Positions 46,127 through 55,290 of a DNA stretch of 64,000 bases are shown one piece after another (position 1 is the first letter of the stretch; each line of letters begins with the position of its first letter). Location: assembly GCA_963719425.1 (NCBI GenBank), contig OY970382.1, forward strand, positions 71,888 to 135,887, given 5' to 3'. The position numbers and the translations under genes are program-made. Origin of the DNA: an uncultured bacterium. Lineage in GTDB: Bacteria > Patescibacteriota > Minisyncoccia > UBA6257 > 2-01-FULL-56-20. The notes under the pieces are model-generated. The model was given only the letters and a program-made list of their open reading frames with translations, searched no databases and was not told the origin of the DNA.

Positions 46127-47236
46127 ATGAGAATTATTGCGCACATAGACCTAGACGCCTTCTTCGCGGCGATAGAAGAGAGGGATCGGCCGCGGTTGCG
46201 GGGCTTGCCTATTGTTATTGGCGCGGATCCGGAGGATGGGAGAGGCAGAGGGGTTGTGTCTACGGCGAATTATAAGGCGCGGGAATATGGGATTCGGTCT
46301 GCCTTGCCGATCGCGACGGCGTGGCGGTATTCGGAGGCGGCGCGGAGGAAGGGGCTCCCGCCTGCGGTCTTTCTCGGAGTCAATATGGAAAAATATGCGG
46401 AGGAATCGCGGCGCGTGATGGGGATTGTGCGCGAGGTCTTGAGGGCGGGGGCGCTTGTGGAGGAGGCCTCGGTGGACGAGGCGTTCGTTGATCTATCATT
46501 CGCGGGTTCGTACGAGCATGCGGAAAAGGTGGCGCGGGCGGTCGCGCGTGCGATCAAAGAAAAAACGGGACTTACGGCATCCGTGGGCGTGGGGCCGAAC
46601 AAACTTATCGCAAAGATCGCGTCGGACCGCGAGAAGCCGGACGGGTTCACGCTTGTGCGCGAGCGTGATGCGGAAAAATTTCTTGAGCCCTTGCCGATTC
46701 GCACGATCCCGGGCGTGGGGCCAAAAACAGAGGCGCGGTTCAAGGAGCTTCGCGTGCGCACGGTGGGGGACGCGAGGCGGTTCTCGCGTGAGGAACTTAC
46801 GGAGATGATGGGAAAATGGGGTGCGGAGCTTTATGAGAAACTGCGCGGGCGGGACGAGTCGCCGCTTGTTACAGAGTGGATCGCGAAGTCCGTGGGGGAG
46901 CAGGAGACCTTTCCGCGCGACACGCACGATCCGAAGTTCCTGCGCGAGCGCTTGGCGGCGCTTGCGGCGGGCGTTTTTGCGCGGTTCGCGGCGGAGGCCC
47001 GGGCGGGTCACTTCAAAAGCTTCCGCGGTGTCACGATCACCGTCCGTTTCGCGGACTTTACGACCGTGACGCGCGCGGCCACGCTTGATGAGCCCGTTAT
47101 GGCCAGCGACCCCGCGGCGCTCCGCACGCTCCAATTCCAGGCCTTACGCCTTTTTATGCCATTCCTTGACCGCCGCGAGAATCCCAACCGCAAGGCCTTC
47201 CGGCTCCTTGGGGTGCGCGTGGAGAAGCTGGTTTAG
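46127..47236 (+). CDS. dinB: DNA polymerase IV (Y-family)
   Basis: MRIIAHIDLDAFFAAIEERDRPRLRGLPIVIG...SVDEAFVDLS...SVGVGPNKLIAKIASD. Confidence 0.85.
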   Translation: MRIIAHIDLDAFFAAIEERDRPRLRGLPIVIGADPEDGRGRGVVSTANYKAREYGIRSALPIATAWRYSEAARRKGLPPAVFLGVNMEKYAEESRRVMGIVREVLRAGALVEEASVDEAFVDLSFAGSYEHAEKVARAVARAIKEKTGLTASVGVGPNKLIAKIASDREKPDGFTLVRERDAEKFLEPLPIRTIPGVGPKTEARFKELRVRTVGDARRFSREELTEMMGKWGAELYEKLRGRDESPLVTEWIAKSVGEQETFPRDTHDPKFLRERLAALAAGVFARFAAEARAGHFKSFRGVTITVRFADFTTVTRAATLDEPVMASDPAALRTLQFQALRLFMPFLDRRENPNRKAFRLLGVRVEKLV

Positions 47237-47328
47237 GTCAGCGGATTTTAGAATTTTTTAATGACCTTTATGGTACCTTTGCCCAAAGGTCGTCTAAATC
47301 ATTGTGGAAGGGAATATATTTTGCTACC

Positions 47329-47628
47329 ATGGAGTTTATGAAGAAAGTTTCTTTTCGCGCGAGTTTGCCGGTCATCTTTTTGAAAGAAAGAAGGCAATTC
47401 GTGGCGTATACCCCCGCGCTTGACCTGTCCACTTCCGGGAAAAGCCTTAAGGAAGCGCAAAAGAATTTTACGGAAGCGGCTCAGATTTTTCTTGAGGAAT
47501 GTTACAAAATGGGAACCTTAAGCAGGGTGCTCACGGAACTTGGTTGGAAAAGAAAAAAGAACGCCTGGACACCGCCTGCGATCGTTGCGCAAGATTCCCG
47601 CGAAGTGAATATTCCCGTCCTGGCATAG
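47329..47628 (+). CDS. hicB: HicB-like antitoxin (second locus)
   Basis: VIFLKERRQFVAYTPALDLSTSGKSLKEAQKNFTEAAQIFLEE parallels the 10697 HicB. Confidence 0.5.
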   Translation: MEFMKKVSFRASLPVIFLKERRQFVAYTPALDLSTSGKSLKEAQKNFTEAAQIFLEECYKMGTLSRVLTELGWKRKKNAWTPPAIVAQDSREVNIPVLA

Positions 47629-47635
47629 AGCACTC

Positions 47636-47863
47636 TTGTCGGGCATTGTTCCTGTCCATTGGAAGGAATTTGAGAGATTCCTGGCTTCCCTCGGCTGTAT
47701 TTTGGTGCGCGAAAAAGGGGATCATCGCGTTTGGAGAAAGGAAGGCCTTACACGACCGGTAGTGGTTCCCAAGAAAAGCGCCATTCCGGTGTTCGTCATT
47801 AAAAATAACTTACGTGTGCTCGGCGTTTCCGTTGTCGAGTATTTGGAAATGGTGAGGCACTGA
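47636..47863 (+). CDS. hicA: HicA-family toxin (second locus)
   Basis: HWKEFERFLASLGCILVREKGDHRVWRKEGLTRPVVVPKKSAIPVFVIKNNLRVLGVS. Confidence 0.6.
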   Translation: MSGIVPVHWKEFERFLASLGCILVREKGDHRVWRKEGLTRPVVVPKKSAIPVFVIKNNLRVLGVSVVEYLEMVRH

Positions 47864-47883
47864 ATTAGAATGGGAACATAGCG

Positions 47884-48195
47884 ATGAGAGTCTTTGTGAA
47901 AGCCAAGCCGGGCGCGAAAAAAGAGAGCATTACGAAAATTGATGTGTCAACCGAAGGATTGTTTGAAAAACGGGGTAGAGATGACGATCACGGGGAAAGC
48001 GGTCGCGCCGGAATGCATTTTATTGTCGCGGTCAAAGAACCAGCCATAGACGGCCGCGCGAACCGCGCGATAGAGAGAGCGCTCGCGGAGTATTTTAAGG
48101 TGCCGTTGTCCCGCGTGCGGATGGTACGGGGCCATTCCGCCAAACAGAAAGTAGTGGAGATTTTGGACCGCCCCGCCGAATCAGCGCCGCATTAG
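47884..48195 (+). CDS. DUF167/YggU-family protein
   Basis: VKAKPGAKKESI...IVAVKEPAIDGRANRAIERALAEYFKVPLSRVRMVRGHSAKQKVVEI. Confidence 0.7.
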   Translation: MRVFVKAKPGAKKESITKIDVSTEGLFEKRGRDDDHGESGRAGMHFIVAVKEPAIDGRANRAIERALAEYFKVPLSRVRMVRGHSAKQKVVEILDRPAESAPH

Positions 48196-48205
48196 CCGTT
48201 TCGTT

Positions 48206-49267
48206 TTATATGGAAAGAGTCCCATCCGCCTTGAGCGGGTAGCGCTTTTTGCGGAGATAGGCCATGTAGCCTGCGGCGCCGATCATGGCGGCGTTGTCCA
48301 GGTTGTATCTGAAGTCGGGGACGAAGAAGTTGCAGCCGATGAGGCCCGCGGTGCGTGCGAGGGCACGCCTTAGGTGCTTGTTCGCCGCGACGCCGCCGCA
48401 GAGCAATATTGATTCCGCCGCGCATTCTTGCGCGGCGCGGCGCGTTTTCGCAACGAGGACGTCCACGGCGGCTTGTTCAAATCCGGCGGCGACGTCGGCT
48501 TTGTTCACGCGCCGTTTTGCCTCCTTCGCGTCGCGCAGATAATAGAGCACAGCGGTTTTGAGGCCGGAAAAGCTGAAATCGTAGTTGCGTTGGTCCAGCA
48601 TCGGGCGCGGGAAGGTGATGGCGAACGAGTTGCCGCGCGCGGAGAGCTTTTCTATCTCCGGCCCGCCGGGGTAGGGGAGGTCAAGCAAGCGCGCCACCTT
48701 ATCAAACGCCTCGCCCGCGGCGTCGTCGCGCGTCTCGCCGAGCCGCCGCCACTTCGCGAACGATTCCATGCGGAGGAGGATTGTGTGCCCGCCGGAGACG
48801 ATGAGCGCCGCGGCGGGGAAAATCTTTCGCGCCTGCGGGAGCAGCGCCGACGTATAGGCCTTGGAAGACCGCGAAGGCAAAAGAAAACTGTAGAGATGCC
48901 CTTCTAAGTGATTTGCGCCCGTGAGCGGCACGTTATATTGTTTCGCGAGTTCCTTCGCGAAGCCGATGCCGGTCCAGAGCGCAGGCTCCAAGCCGGGACC
49001 GACTGTGACCGTAACGAGGTCGGGATCCAATTTCTTTTTTTGCGCCCGCAGTTTTTTCACGAGCTGTGCGAGAAGGATCGGCAGATTTTTCAAATGCTCG
49101 CGTTTTGCGAGGTTCGGCACCACGCCGCCAAACGGCCGGTGGATCGGGATCTGCGACGCGACCAGGCTCTCGCACACCTCAAAGCGCGGCGCACGGAGGC
49201 CGCCTGTCGCCCGCAGCAATGCAATACCCGTTTCATCGCACGAGGTTTCAATGGCAAGGATTTTCAT
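48206..49267 (-). CDS. tsaD: tRNA N6-adenosine threonylcarbamoyltransferase
   Basis: MKILAIETSCDETGIALL...HLEGHLYS...GGVAANKHLR. Confidence 0.9.
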   Translation of the reverse strand: MKILAIETSCDETGIALLRATGGLRAPRFEVCESLVASQIPIHRPFGGVVPNLAKREHLKNLPILLAQLVKKLRAQKKKLDPDLVTVTVGPGLEPALWTGIGFAKELAKQYNVPLTGANHLEGHLYSFLLPSRSSKAYTSALLPQARKIFPAAALIVSGGHTILLRMESFAKWRRLGETRDDAAGEAFDKVARLLDLPYPGGPEIEKLSARGNSFAITFPRPMLDQRNYDFSFSGLKTAVLYYLRDAKEAKRRVNKADVAAGFEQAAVDVLVAKTRRAAQECAAESILLCGGVAANKHLRRALARTAGLIGCNFFVPDFRYNLDNAAMIGAAGYMAYLRKKRYPLKADGTLSI

Positions 49268-49306
49268 GGCGTATTTTGATGTCGGTTATATCATGTGGCA
49301 AAAAGG

Positions 49307-49354
49307 GGTCCGACCGCAACACGGTCGCAACACGGTCGCAGCACGGCCGCGCCC
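49307..49354. repeat. Short tandem repeat, ~3.5 copies of an 11-bp unit (GGTCGCAACAC)
   Basis: ggtccgaccgcaacac ggtcgcaacac ggtcgcagcac ggccgcgccc, in the tsaD/small-ORF divergent spacer. Confidence 0.6.
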
Positions 49355-49440
49355 TGCGCCACCTTGCACCAAGAGGGACTTGACAGCCGTACTATACTAT
49401 AAGGGAAGATCTTCAAAGGTCGTTATTTTCTTTTAATTTC

Positions 49441-49794
49441 ATGGAAAACATGGACAATAAAGCCAACCAAACCGGTCACCCGGAGGGGTGCAGGTGTATG
49501 GTGTGCACGTGCAGGGGGTGCGGTTGCAGGCATTGGGGAGGCAGGTTTTCTTTGCTCCGGGTCCTCATTGGGATCATCATTCTCATCTTTGTGTTCTGCG
49601 CAGGCTTCGCGCTAGGCGATCTCAAGGGGTCGCTTCAAGGATATGGCCGGCACTCCGGCTATCGTATGATGGGAACGCCGTACTACATGAACTACCCGGG
49701 CCAGGGCATGATGAGGGGGTATTACGGTAACAGTGCGGGCGGTGTTGGCAACGTAGCGCCGCAGGCGACGGGCACGGCGCCAGCCGCGAAGTAG
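49441..49794 (+). CDS. Small Cys-rich, single-TM protein with Gly/Tyr/Met-rich tail (hypothetical)
   Basis: CRCMVCTCRGCGCRHWGG, then TM LLRVLIGIIILIFVFCAGFAL, then GYGRHSGYRMMGTPYYMNYPGQGMMRGYYG. Confidence 0.4.
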   Translation: MENMDNKANQTGHPEGCRCMVCTCRGCGCRHWGGRFSLLRVLIGIIILIFVFCAGFALGDLKGSLQGYGRHSGYRMMGTPYYMNYPGQGMMRGYYGNSAGGVGNVAPQATGTAPAAK

Positions 49795-49920
49795 GGGATT
49801 CGCAACCGTTGGGCGTTCGAACCGACGTTTGTAAGCAAACAAGTAAACAAGAGGATAAAGAAGAGCGCCTACAAAGGCGTTCTTCTCGTCCATATGAGAA
49901 ATATAAGGTATAGTATTGCC

Positions 49921-50469
49921 ATGAACAGCATAAAGATTGTAGGTATCATAGGAAGCTTGCGGAAGGGATCGCTGAACCGCATGCTTGTAAATGCCATCAA
50001 AGAACTTGCGCCCCAAGGGATGACGGTTGAAATCGCGGAGATCGGGAATCTGCCGCTCTTCAATCAGGACCTTGAGGCGAATTTTCCGAAGGAGGCGCAG
50101 GAGCTGAAGGATAAGATCAGCGCGGCGGACAGCGTGATCATCGCGACGCCGGAATACGACCGTTCCGTTCCGGGTGTCTTGAAGAACGCGCTTGATTGGA
50201 CCTCGCGGCCGTATGGGCAAAGCGCTTGGCCGGGAAAAGTGGTTGCCGTGGTCGGCGCTTCCGGCGGCGCCATCGGCACCGCGGTCGCGCAGTCGCATTT
50301 GAAGCAGATCCTACTCTACCTTGACGCGCGCGTGCTCGGTCAGCCGGAGTTCTACCTCGGCGGTGCCGTGGGGAAGTTTGATAAAGACGGAAAGCTCACC
50401 GACGAAACGACAAAGGAGCGCATTGCGAAGCTCCTCGACGTGCTTGGGGAAAAGATTCGTCAAAAGTAG
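49921..50469 (+). CDS. NAD(P)H-dependent FMN reductase
   Basis: IVGIIGSLRKGSLNRMLV...ATPEYDRSVPGVLKNALDW. Confidence 0.8.
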   Translation: MNSIKIVGIIGSLRKGSLNRMLVNAIKELAPQGMTVEIAEIGNLPLFNQDLEANFPKEAQELKDKISAADSVIIATPEYDRSVPGVLKNALDWTSRPYGQSAWPGKVVAVVGASGGAIGTAVAQSHLKQILLYLDARVLGQPEFYLGGAVGKFDKDGKLTDETTKERIAKLLDVLGEKIRQK

Positions 50470-50528
50470 CACGCGGCCGTTTTTCCCTTGCGGCGCCTTC
50501 CTTGCGGAGGCGGTCGGGTTCTGTTAGT

Positions 50529-51260
50529 ATGACCCCTATGGATTTGTTGGTGCAAAAGAGGGAAAAATTCGGGAAACAGGTGAAGGCGCTCCGGAGGGAG
50601 GGCCTCATTCCTGCCGAACTTTACGGGCATGGCCTTCTGAATGTCCACCTTGCAGTGCCGGCGCGGGATTTTGGAAAAGCGTTCAAGGAGGCGGGCACGA
50701 ATACGGTGGTCACGCTCATTATTGATAAGGAGAAAAAACCGGCGCTTATTTATGATGTCGCACACGATGCGCTCTCGGGCGAGGTGGCGCACGTTGATTT
50801 TTATCAGGTGAGGATGGATGAGAAAATTAAGGCGAAGGTGCCGCTCATGTTTGTGGGCGAGTCGGCGGCGGTGAAGGAGAAAGGAGCGATTCTCAATAAA
50901 TCAATGTCCGAAGTTGAGGTGGAGGCGCTGCCACAGGATCTGCCGCACAGCTTCGCCGTCAGCCTTTCGCTCCTTGACGATATCGGGAAGAGCGCGTACG
51001 TGCGCGACCTTGCGGTGCCGGAAACGGTGAAGCTTCTTATTGACGGGAATACGGCGATCGTGACGGCGACGCCGCCCGCGCCGAAGGAGGAGGAAAAGCC
51101 AGTGGAGGAGGTGGTGCCGGACGTGTCTGAGGTGAAAGTGGAGACAGAGGAGAAAAAGGCGGAACGGGTTACGGAGAAGGTGGAGAAACCGGAGAAAGCC
51201 GAGAAGGCGGAAAAGGAAGGAAAAACCGAAGTGAAAGCGGGGAAGCCCGATACCAAATAA
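50529..51260 (+). CDS. rplY: 50S ribosomal protein L25/general stress protein Ctc, with KE-rich C-terminal tail
   Basis: REGLIPAELYGHGLLNVHLAVPARDF...VAHVDFYQVRMDEKIKAKVPL. Confidence 0.8.
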   Translation: MTPMDLLVQKREKFGKQVKALRREGLIPAELYGHGLLNVHLAVPARDFGKAFKEAGTNTVVTLIIDKEKKPALIYDVAHDALSGEVAHVDFYQVRMDEKIKAKVPLMFVGESAAVKEKGAILNKSMSEVEVEALPQDLPHSFAVSLSLLDDIGKSAYVRDLAVPETVKLLIDGNTAIVTATPPAPKEEEKPVEEVVPDVSEVKVETEEKKAERVTEKVEKPEKAEKAEKEGKTEVKAGKPDTK

Positions 51261-51272
51261 GCATTGAAAAAG

Positions 51273-53702
51273 TCATTCCTTGGTTAATAACCTCACCACT
51301 CCCTCATCCGCATCTACTTCAACAAGGTCGCCGTCTTTCAAGACTTGAGTAGCGATCTTCGTACCGATGATACATGGAATCCCCATTTCGCGGGAGATGA
51401 TTGCGGCATGTGAGGTAACTCCGCCTTCATCAGTTATGATCGCAGCAGCAAGTTTCATAGCGGGCACCATTTCCGGCCTCGTCATCGAAGAAACCAGAAC
51501 GTCACCTTCTTCCATGTTTGCCATGTCATGGATTTTCAATATCTTTTTTACGTGACCGCGAACTTTACCGGTTGAAGCTATCATTCCCTTGATCTCCTTC
51601 GCTTCGCCCAATTGGCGCTGGAAAAAGTCGAGCGCCTCTTGGGCCAACGTGCCACTTACAACCTTAAAACCGTCAGCGGTATGAATACAGACGCATCCTT
51701 TGTGCCGCTCATCAAAAACTTTCTTATCAAGATTTCCAGCAAGTGCGTCGCGGAACTCGGGGTAGATTGAATACTGAAGCTTCTCAAATGGGATGCCGCC
51801 GCGCCGTTCGGCTTCTTTCAGAAACTGGAACTGATAATAGTTAGAAATAAGAACATATTTTTTGCGCGTATCTTGAAGTTCAAAGAATTCGTCCATCACA
51901 TACAGCAACGTTCGGCGCCATGGTGATAGCTTGTATTTCTTTATCAGATTCGCTTTTTCGGTGAGGAGTTTTTTGCGGTGGTCTTTGGTTGGTTCCACCT
52001 CTTTTTTCGCATCCTCGCGGAGCACAGACGCAAAATCGTCGGCGGTGAGGCGAATAGCTTTAGCGTAATTGTTGTGAATGTAGAAAAACCTGTTTGCATG
52101 CTGTTCAAGCACCCTGCGATCAAGCTTGCCGGTTTTCCGGAAAGTCTGGACAAGTTTCTCCCGCGCAATACCCTCTTCTTCAATAAAAGAAAGGTGGCGT
52201 GGAGAGAGCAGTTTCGGAAAATCGACCGTAAAATTCTTGCCAAGAACTTTCTGAAATTCCGGCGTAAGATAACGATCCGCATGCATCGAAATGGCATCGC
52301 CAAGCACCATGAAGTATTTAAACTCGTCGACGTACTTCCGGTAGAAATCATCGTAGAGTTCCGCAATCTTCTCGTTCGAGAGTTTTTTGAGGTCGGTTTC
52401 GTTGATGCGCTTCAGGACGGCATCAAACGCTTTGACCTTCGCGTCACACTCTTTTCGTAGCTTTTCTAAGTAGTGCTTGTCTTTTTTGAGACGTCCTAAG
52501 AACTCCTCGCGGATGCGCGTGAGATCATTGTCGTTCCAATACCAGTGAACATAATCGCTCTGGACGAAAAACAGTGTAATTGAGACGGCATCGCCAAAGA
52601 AATCGCGCATCGCTATGCCGGTTTCCCCCACCGGAAAGAACGGATGGAGAACTCCATGGAAACCCTTATACGTCCACGTGGAGTCATTGAGATGATATTT
52701 CTCCCTGAGAGAGATCGTTCGCCGTCCCTCGCCTTCGATGCTTGTTTTCAATGTCGTAATCGGCCTACTTTGAGCGACGTAGAATTTCCCCTTTTCTTGT
52801 GCCCATTCGATGTCGCACGGAAAGCCGTAGTGATTTTCTATGCGAAGGATAAGTTCGCTGAGTTCAAGAATCTCTTTATCTGAAAGAACCTGCCGTCCGC
52901 CGACGGCGTTTGAGAGATTGCGCCATCCGGTACCGCCCGTCTTGCCGCGATAGAGCGCCCGAGTTTGTTCTGAAACATTTTTTTCTATGATGCGGCGAGG
53001 CGCTTTCTCAACCACGTAGCTATTGGGCGTTACGGAACCGGAGACAATTGCCTCGCCAAGCCCGAACCCTGCCTCAATGATAATTTGGTTCCTGTCCTGG
53101 GTCACTGGATGCACCGAGAAGGCAATACCCGACGTTTCGCTTTCTACCATTTTTTGCACTACGACGGCCACGGAAATCTTCTGGCCATGTAGTCCTTTTT
53201 CAAAGCGGTAGAAAATCGCGCGAGGTGTGAAGAGCGACGCCCAACACTTCTGTACGTTGAGAAGGAGTGTCTTCTCTGTTGTATTCAGATAGCTCTCAAG
53301 TTGCCCTGCCCAGGCAGCGCTTGAGGAATCTTCTGCCGTTGCGCTTGAACGCACCGCCACATACTTTGCGCCAAGTTTTTTGAACGATATCTCAATCTCT
53401 TTCGCTATATTTTTCGGCATTATGGCGTTCTCTACGAGCGCTCGGATCTTTTCGGAGGCGTGTTCAACAATATGGATTTCTTTATGATTCACCGCATCGA
53501 GCGCGGCATCAATTTCAGCATCGAGATCGGTTTCCTCGAGGAAGCGCTCAAAAGCGGCGGCAAGAACGACAAAACCGGGCGGAACCGGGATGCCTGCCCG
53601 TGTCATCTCGCCCAAAGAAGCACCTTTGCCACCAGCGGTCGCGGCATCGTTTTTGCTGATTCCACTAAAAAACTCGATTAAGCCTGCTTTGTTTCTCGGC
53701 AT
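51273..53702 (-). CDS. PEP-utilising enzyme, rifampicin-phosphotransferase-like architecture (PPDK_N ATP-grasp, central domain, C-terminal mobile His domain; no TIM-barrel)
   Basis: N-term AGGKGASLGEM...VAVRSSATAEDS. C-term GGVTSHAAIISREMGIPCIIG. ~810 aa. Confidence 0.7.
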   Translation of the reverse strand: MPRNKAGLIEFFSGISKNDAATAGGKGASLGEMTRAGIPVPPGFVVLAAAFERFLEETDLDAEIDAALDAVNHKEIHIVEHASEKIRALVENAIMPKNIAKEIEISFKKLGAKYVAVRSSATAEDSSSAAWAGQLESYLNTTEKTLLLNVQKCWASLFTPRAIFYRFEKGLHGQKISVAVVVQKMVESETSGIAFSVHPVTQDRNQIIIEAGFGLGEAIVSGSVTPNSYVVEKAPRRIIEKNVSEQTRALYRGKTGGTGWRNLSNAVGGRQVLSDKEILELSELILRIENHYGFPCDIEWAQEKGKFYVAQSRPITTLKTSIEGEGRRTISLREKYHLNDSTWTYKGFHGVLHPFFPVGETGIAMRDFFGDAVSITLFFVQSDYVHWYWNDNDLTRIREEFLGRLKKDKHYLEKLRKECDAKVKAFDAVLKRINETDLKKLSNEKIAELYDDFYRKYVDEFKYFMVLGDAISMHADRYLTPEFQKVLGKNFTVDFPKLLSPRHLSFIEEEGIAREKLVQTFRKTGKLDRRVLEQHANRFFYIHNNYAKAIRLTADDFASVLREDAKKEVEPTKDHRKKLLTEKANLIKKYKLSPWRRTLLYVMDEFFELQDTRKKYVLISNYYQFQFLKEAERRGGIPFEKLQYSIYPEFRDALAGNLDKKVFDERHKGCVCIHTADGFKVVSGTLAQEALDFFQRQLGEAKEIKGMIASTGKVRGHVKKILKIHDMANMEEGDVLVSSMTRPEMVPAMKLAAAIITDEGGVTSHAAIISREMGIPCIIGTKIATQVLKDGDLVEVDADEGVVRLLTKE

Positions 53703-53817
53703 ATAAAAATTAGTAGGGTACTTAGGTTCAAAATAACTCTTTATTGGCTGAAAATAAAGGCACATATGTCGAAGAGATTAAGCTTTCACTTTTGGCCCGC
53801 GGCAAAGTATAATGTGA

Positions 53818-55290
53818 GTGATGCAAAGACCTTTGCGGCCAAGAGTTTTGGGTGATGTTACGCCGCGGCAGGGAACGCGTGGGAGCCAATGGAACGCATT
53901 CGGCGGGGTATCCGCACGAATCAATTTGTCTTACAAAAAGACGCTGCAGCTTCCCGTCGTGAAGGTGTTCAAAACAGCGGTCGTTTTCTGCGGGGCGATT
54001 TTTCTGGTCGTGGGATCGGTCGTGGCGCCTGCCATTTTCACCCGCGCCTCGGGCGATGCGGCGACGACTACTGACACGACGGCGGAGCGTGCCCAACTGC
54101 AAGATCAGCTCCAGCAGCTTGAGACGCAAATCAATCAGTACGAGGGTCAGATTGAGAGCTATGAGAAGCAGGGGAATACGCTGAACGGCGAGATTTCCAC
54201 ATTGAATGCCAAAATCGCGAAATTAAATTTACAGATCCAGGCGACCAACCTGACTGTTTCCCAGTTGAACGGCCAGATTGCGGACACCCAAACGCAGATT
54301 GCGACCACGCAGGCGGACATCGTGGGCAAGAAAGCGGCAATCGGAGGGCTCATGCAGAGCTTGTACGAGAACGACCAGGTAAATCTGCTCCAAATGTTTT
54401 TAAAGAACCCGCACCTTTCGGATTTTTGGAACGATACCGAGAATATCACGCTTGCGCAGGATAGTCTGCGCGTGACCGTGCAGCAGATTACGGATCTTCA
54501 AAGCCAGCTGCAGGACCAAGAGCAGCAATTCCAAGCGTCCAAGGCGGACGCGGCGAGCGCGGCAGCGTACCAGCAGGCGCAGGCGAGTGAAGTGGCGGGA
54601 ACGAAGAGTCAGAAATCGGAGCTTCTCGCGGAAACCAAAGGACAGGAATCAAAATATCAGGCGCTCCTCGTGCAAACGAAGGCCACGGCGGCGGATATCA
54701 GGAGTCGCATCTTCCAATTGTTGGGCGGGGGACAGCTTACCTTTGAGCAGGCGTATCAATACGCAAAACTTGCCTCAAGCGCGACGGGAATAGACCCCGC
54801 TTTTATCCTCGCGATTTTGGACCGCGAGTCGGCGTTGGGCGAGAACGTGGGGAAGTGCAACTACAAGACGGCGATGCGGCCCTCAGACATCCCCATTTTT
54901 CTTCAAATCACCCAGTCGCTCAATCTTGACCCGAATACGATGACGGTATCCTGCCCGAATGCGGACGGTGCGTACGGCGGCGCCATGGGACCGGCGCAAT
55001 TCGTCCCTTCCACATGGATGTTGTATACGAACGAAGTGCAAACTATCACGAGCGACAATCCTCCGTCGCCATGGAACAATGCGGATGCGTTCGTGGCGAC
55101 CGCGCTCTACTTGCAGGATGCGATGACCGGCTGCAAATCCGTCTACAGCTCCACCGTGAGCCAGGAGCGATGCACGGCGGCGAAGTATTACGCGGGGAGC
55201 CGCTGGAAGAACTATTTGTGGACCTACGGCGAGGCCGTCGTGGAACGGGCACAGAGCTTCACGGGCGACATTCAGACGATCACGTCATGA
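53818..55290 (+). CDS. Secreted coiled-coil protein with C-terminal lytic-transglycosylase (SLT/lysozyme-like) domain
   Basis: Signal/TM, Q-rich heptad region, then IDPAFILAILDRESALGENVGKCNY...GAMGPAQFVPSTW. Exact start uncertain. Confidence 0.65.
   Translation: MMQRPLRPRVLGDVTPRQGTRGSQWNAFGGVSARINLSYKKTLQLPVVKVFKTAVVFCGAIFLVVGSVVAPAIFTRASGDAATTTDTTAERAQLQDQLQQLETQINQYEGQIESYEKQGNTLNGEISTLNAKIAKLNLQIQATNLTVSQLNGQIADTQTQIATTQADIVGKKAAIGGLMQSLYENDQVNLLQMFLKNPHLSDFWNDTENITLAQDSLRVTVQQITDLQSQLQDQEQQFQASKADAASAAAYQQAQASEVAGTKSQKSELLAETKGQESKYQALLVQTKATAADIRSRIFQLLGGGQLTFEQAYQYAKLASSATGIDPAFILAILDRESALGENVGKCNYKTAMRPSDIPIFLQITQSLNLDPNTMTVSCPNADGAYGGAMGPAQFVPSTWMLYTNEVQTITSDNPPSPWNNADAFVATALYLQDAMTGCKSVYSSTVSQERCTAAKYYAGSRWKNYLWTYGEAVVERAQSFTGDIQTITS

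Noticed and set aside
49307-49354. CRISPR array
   Set aside because: There are only ~3.5 copies of an 11-bp unit with no spacers. No repeat-spacer architecture exists anywhere in the window.
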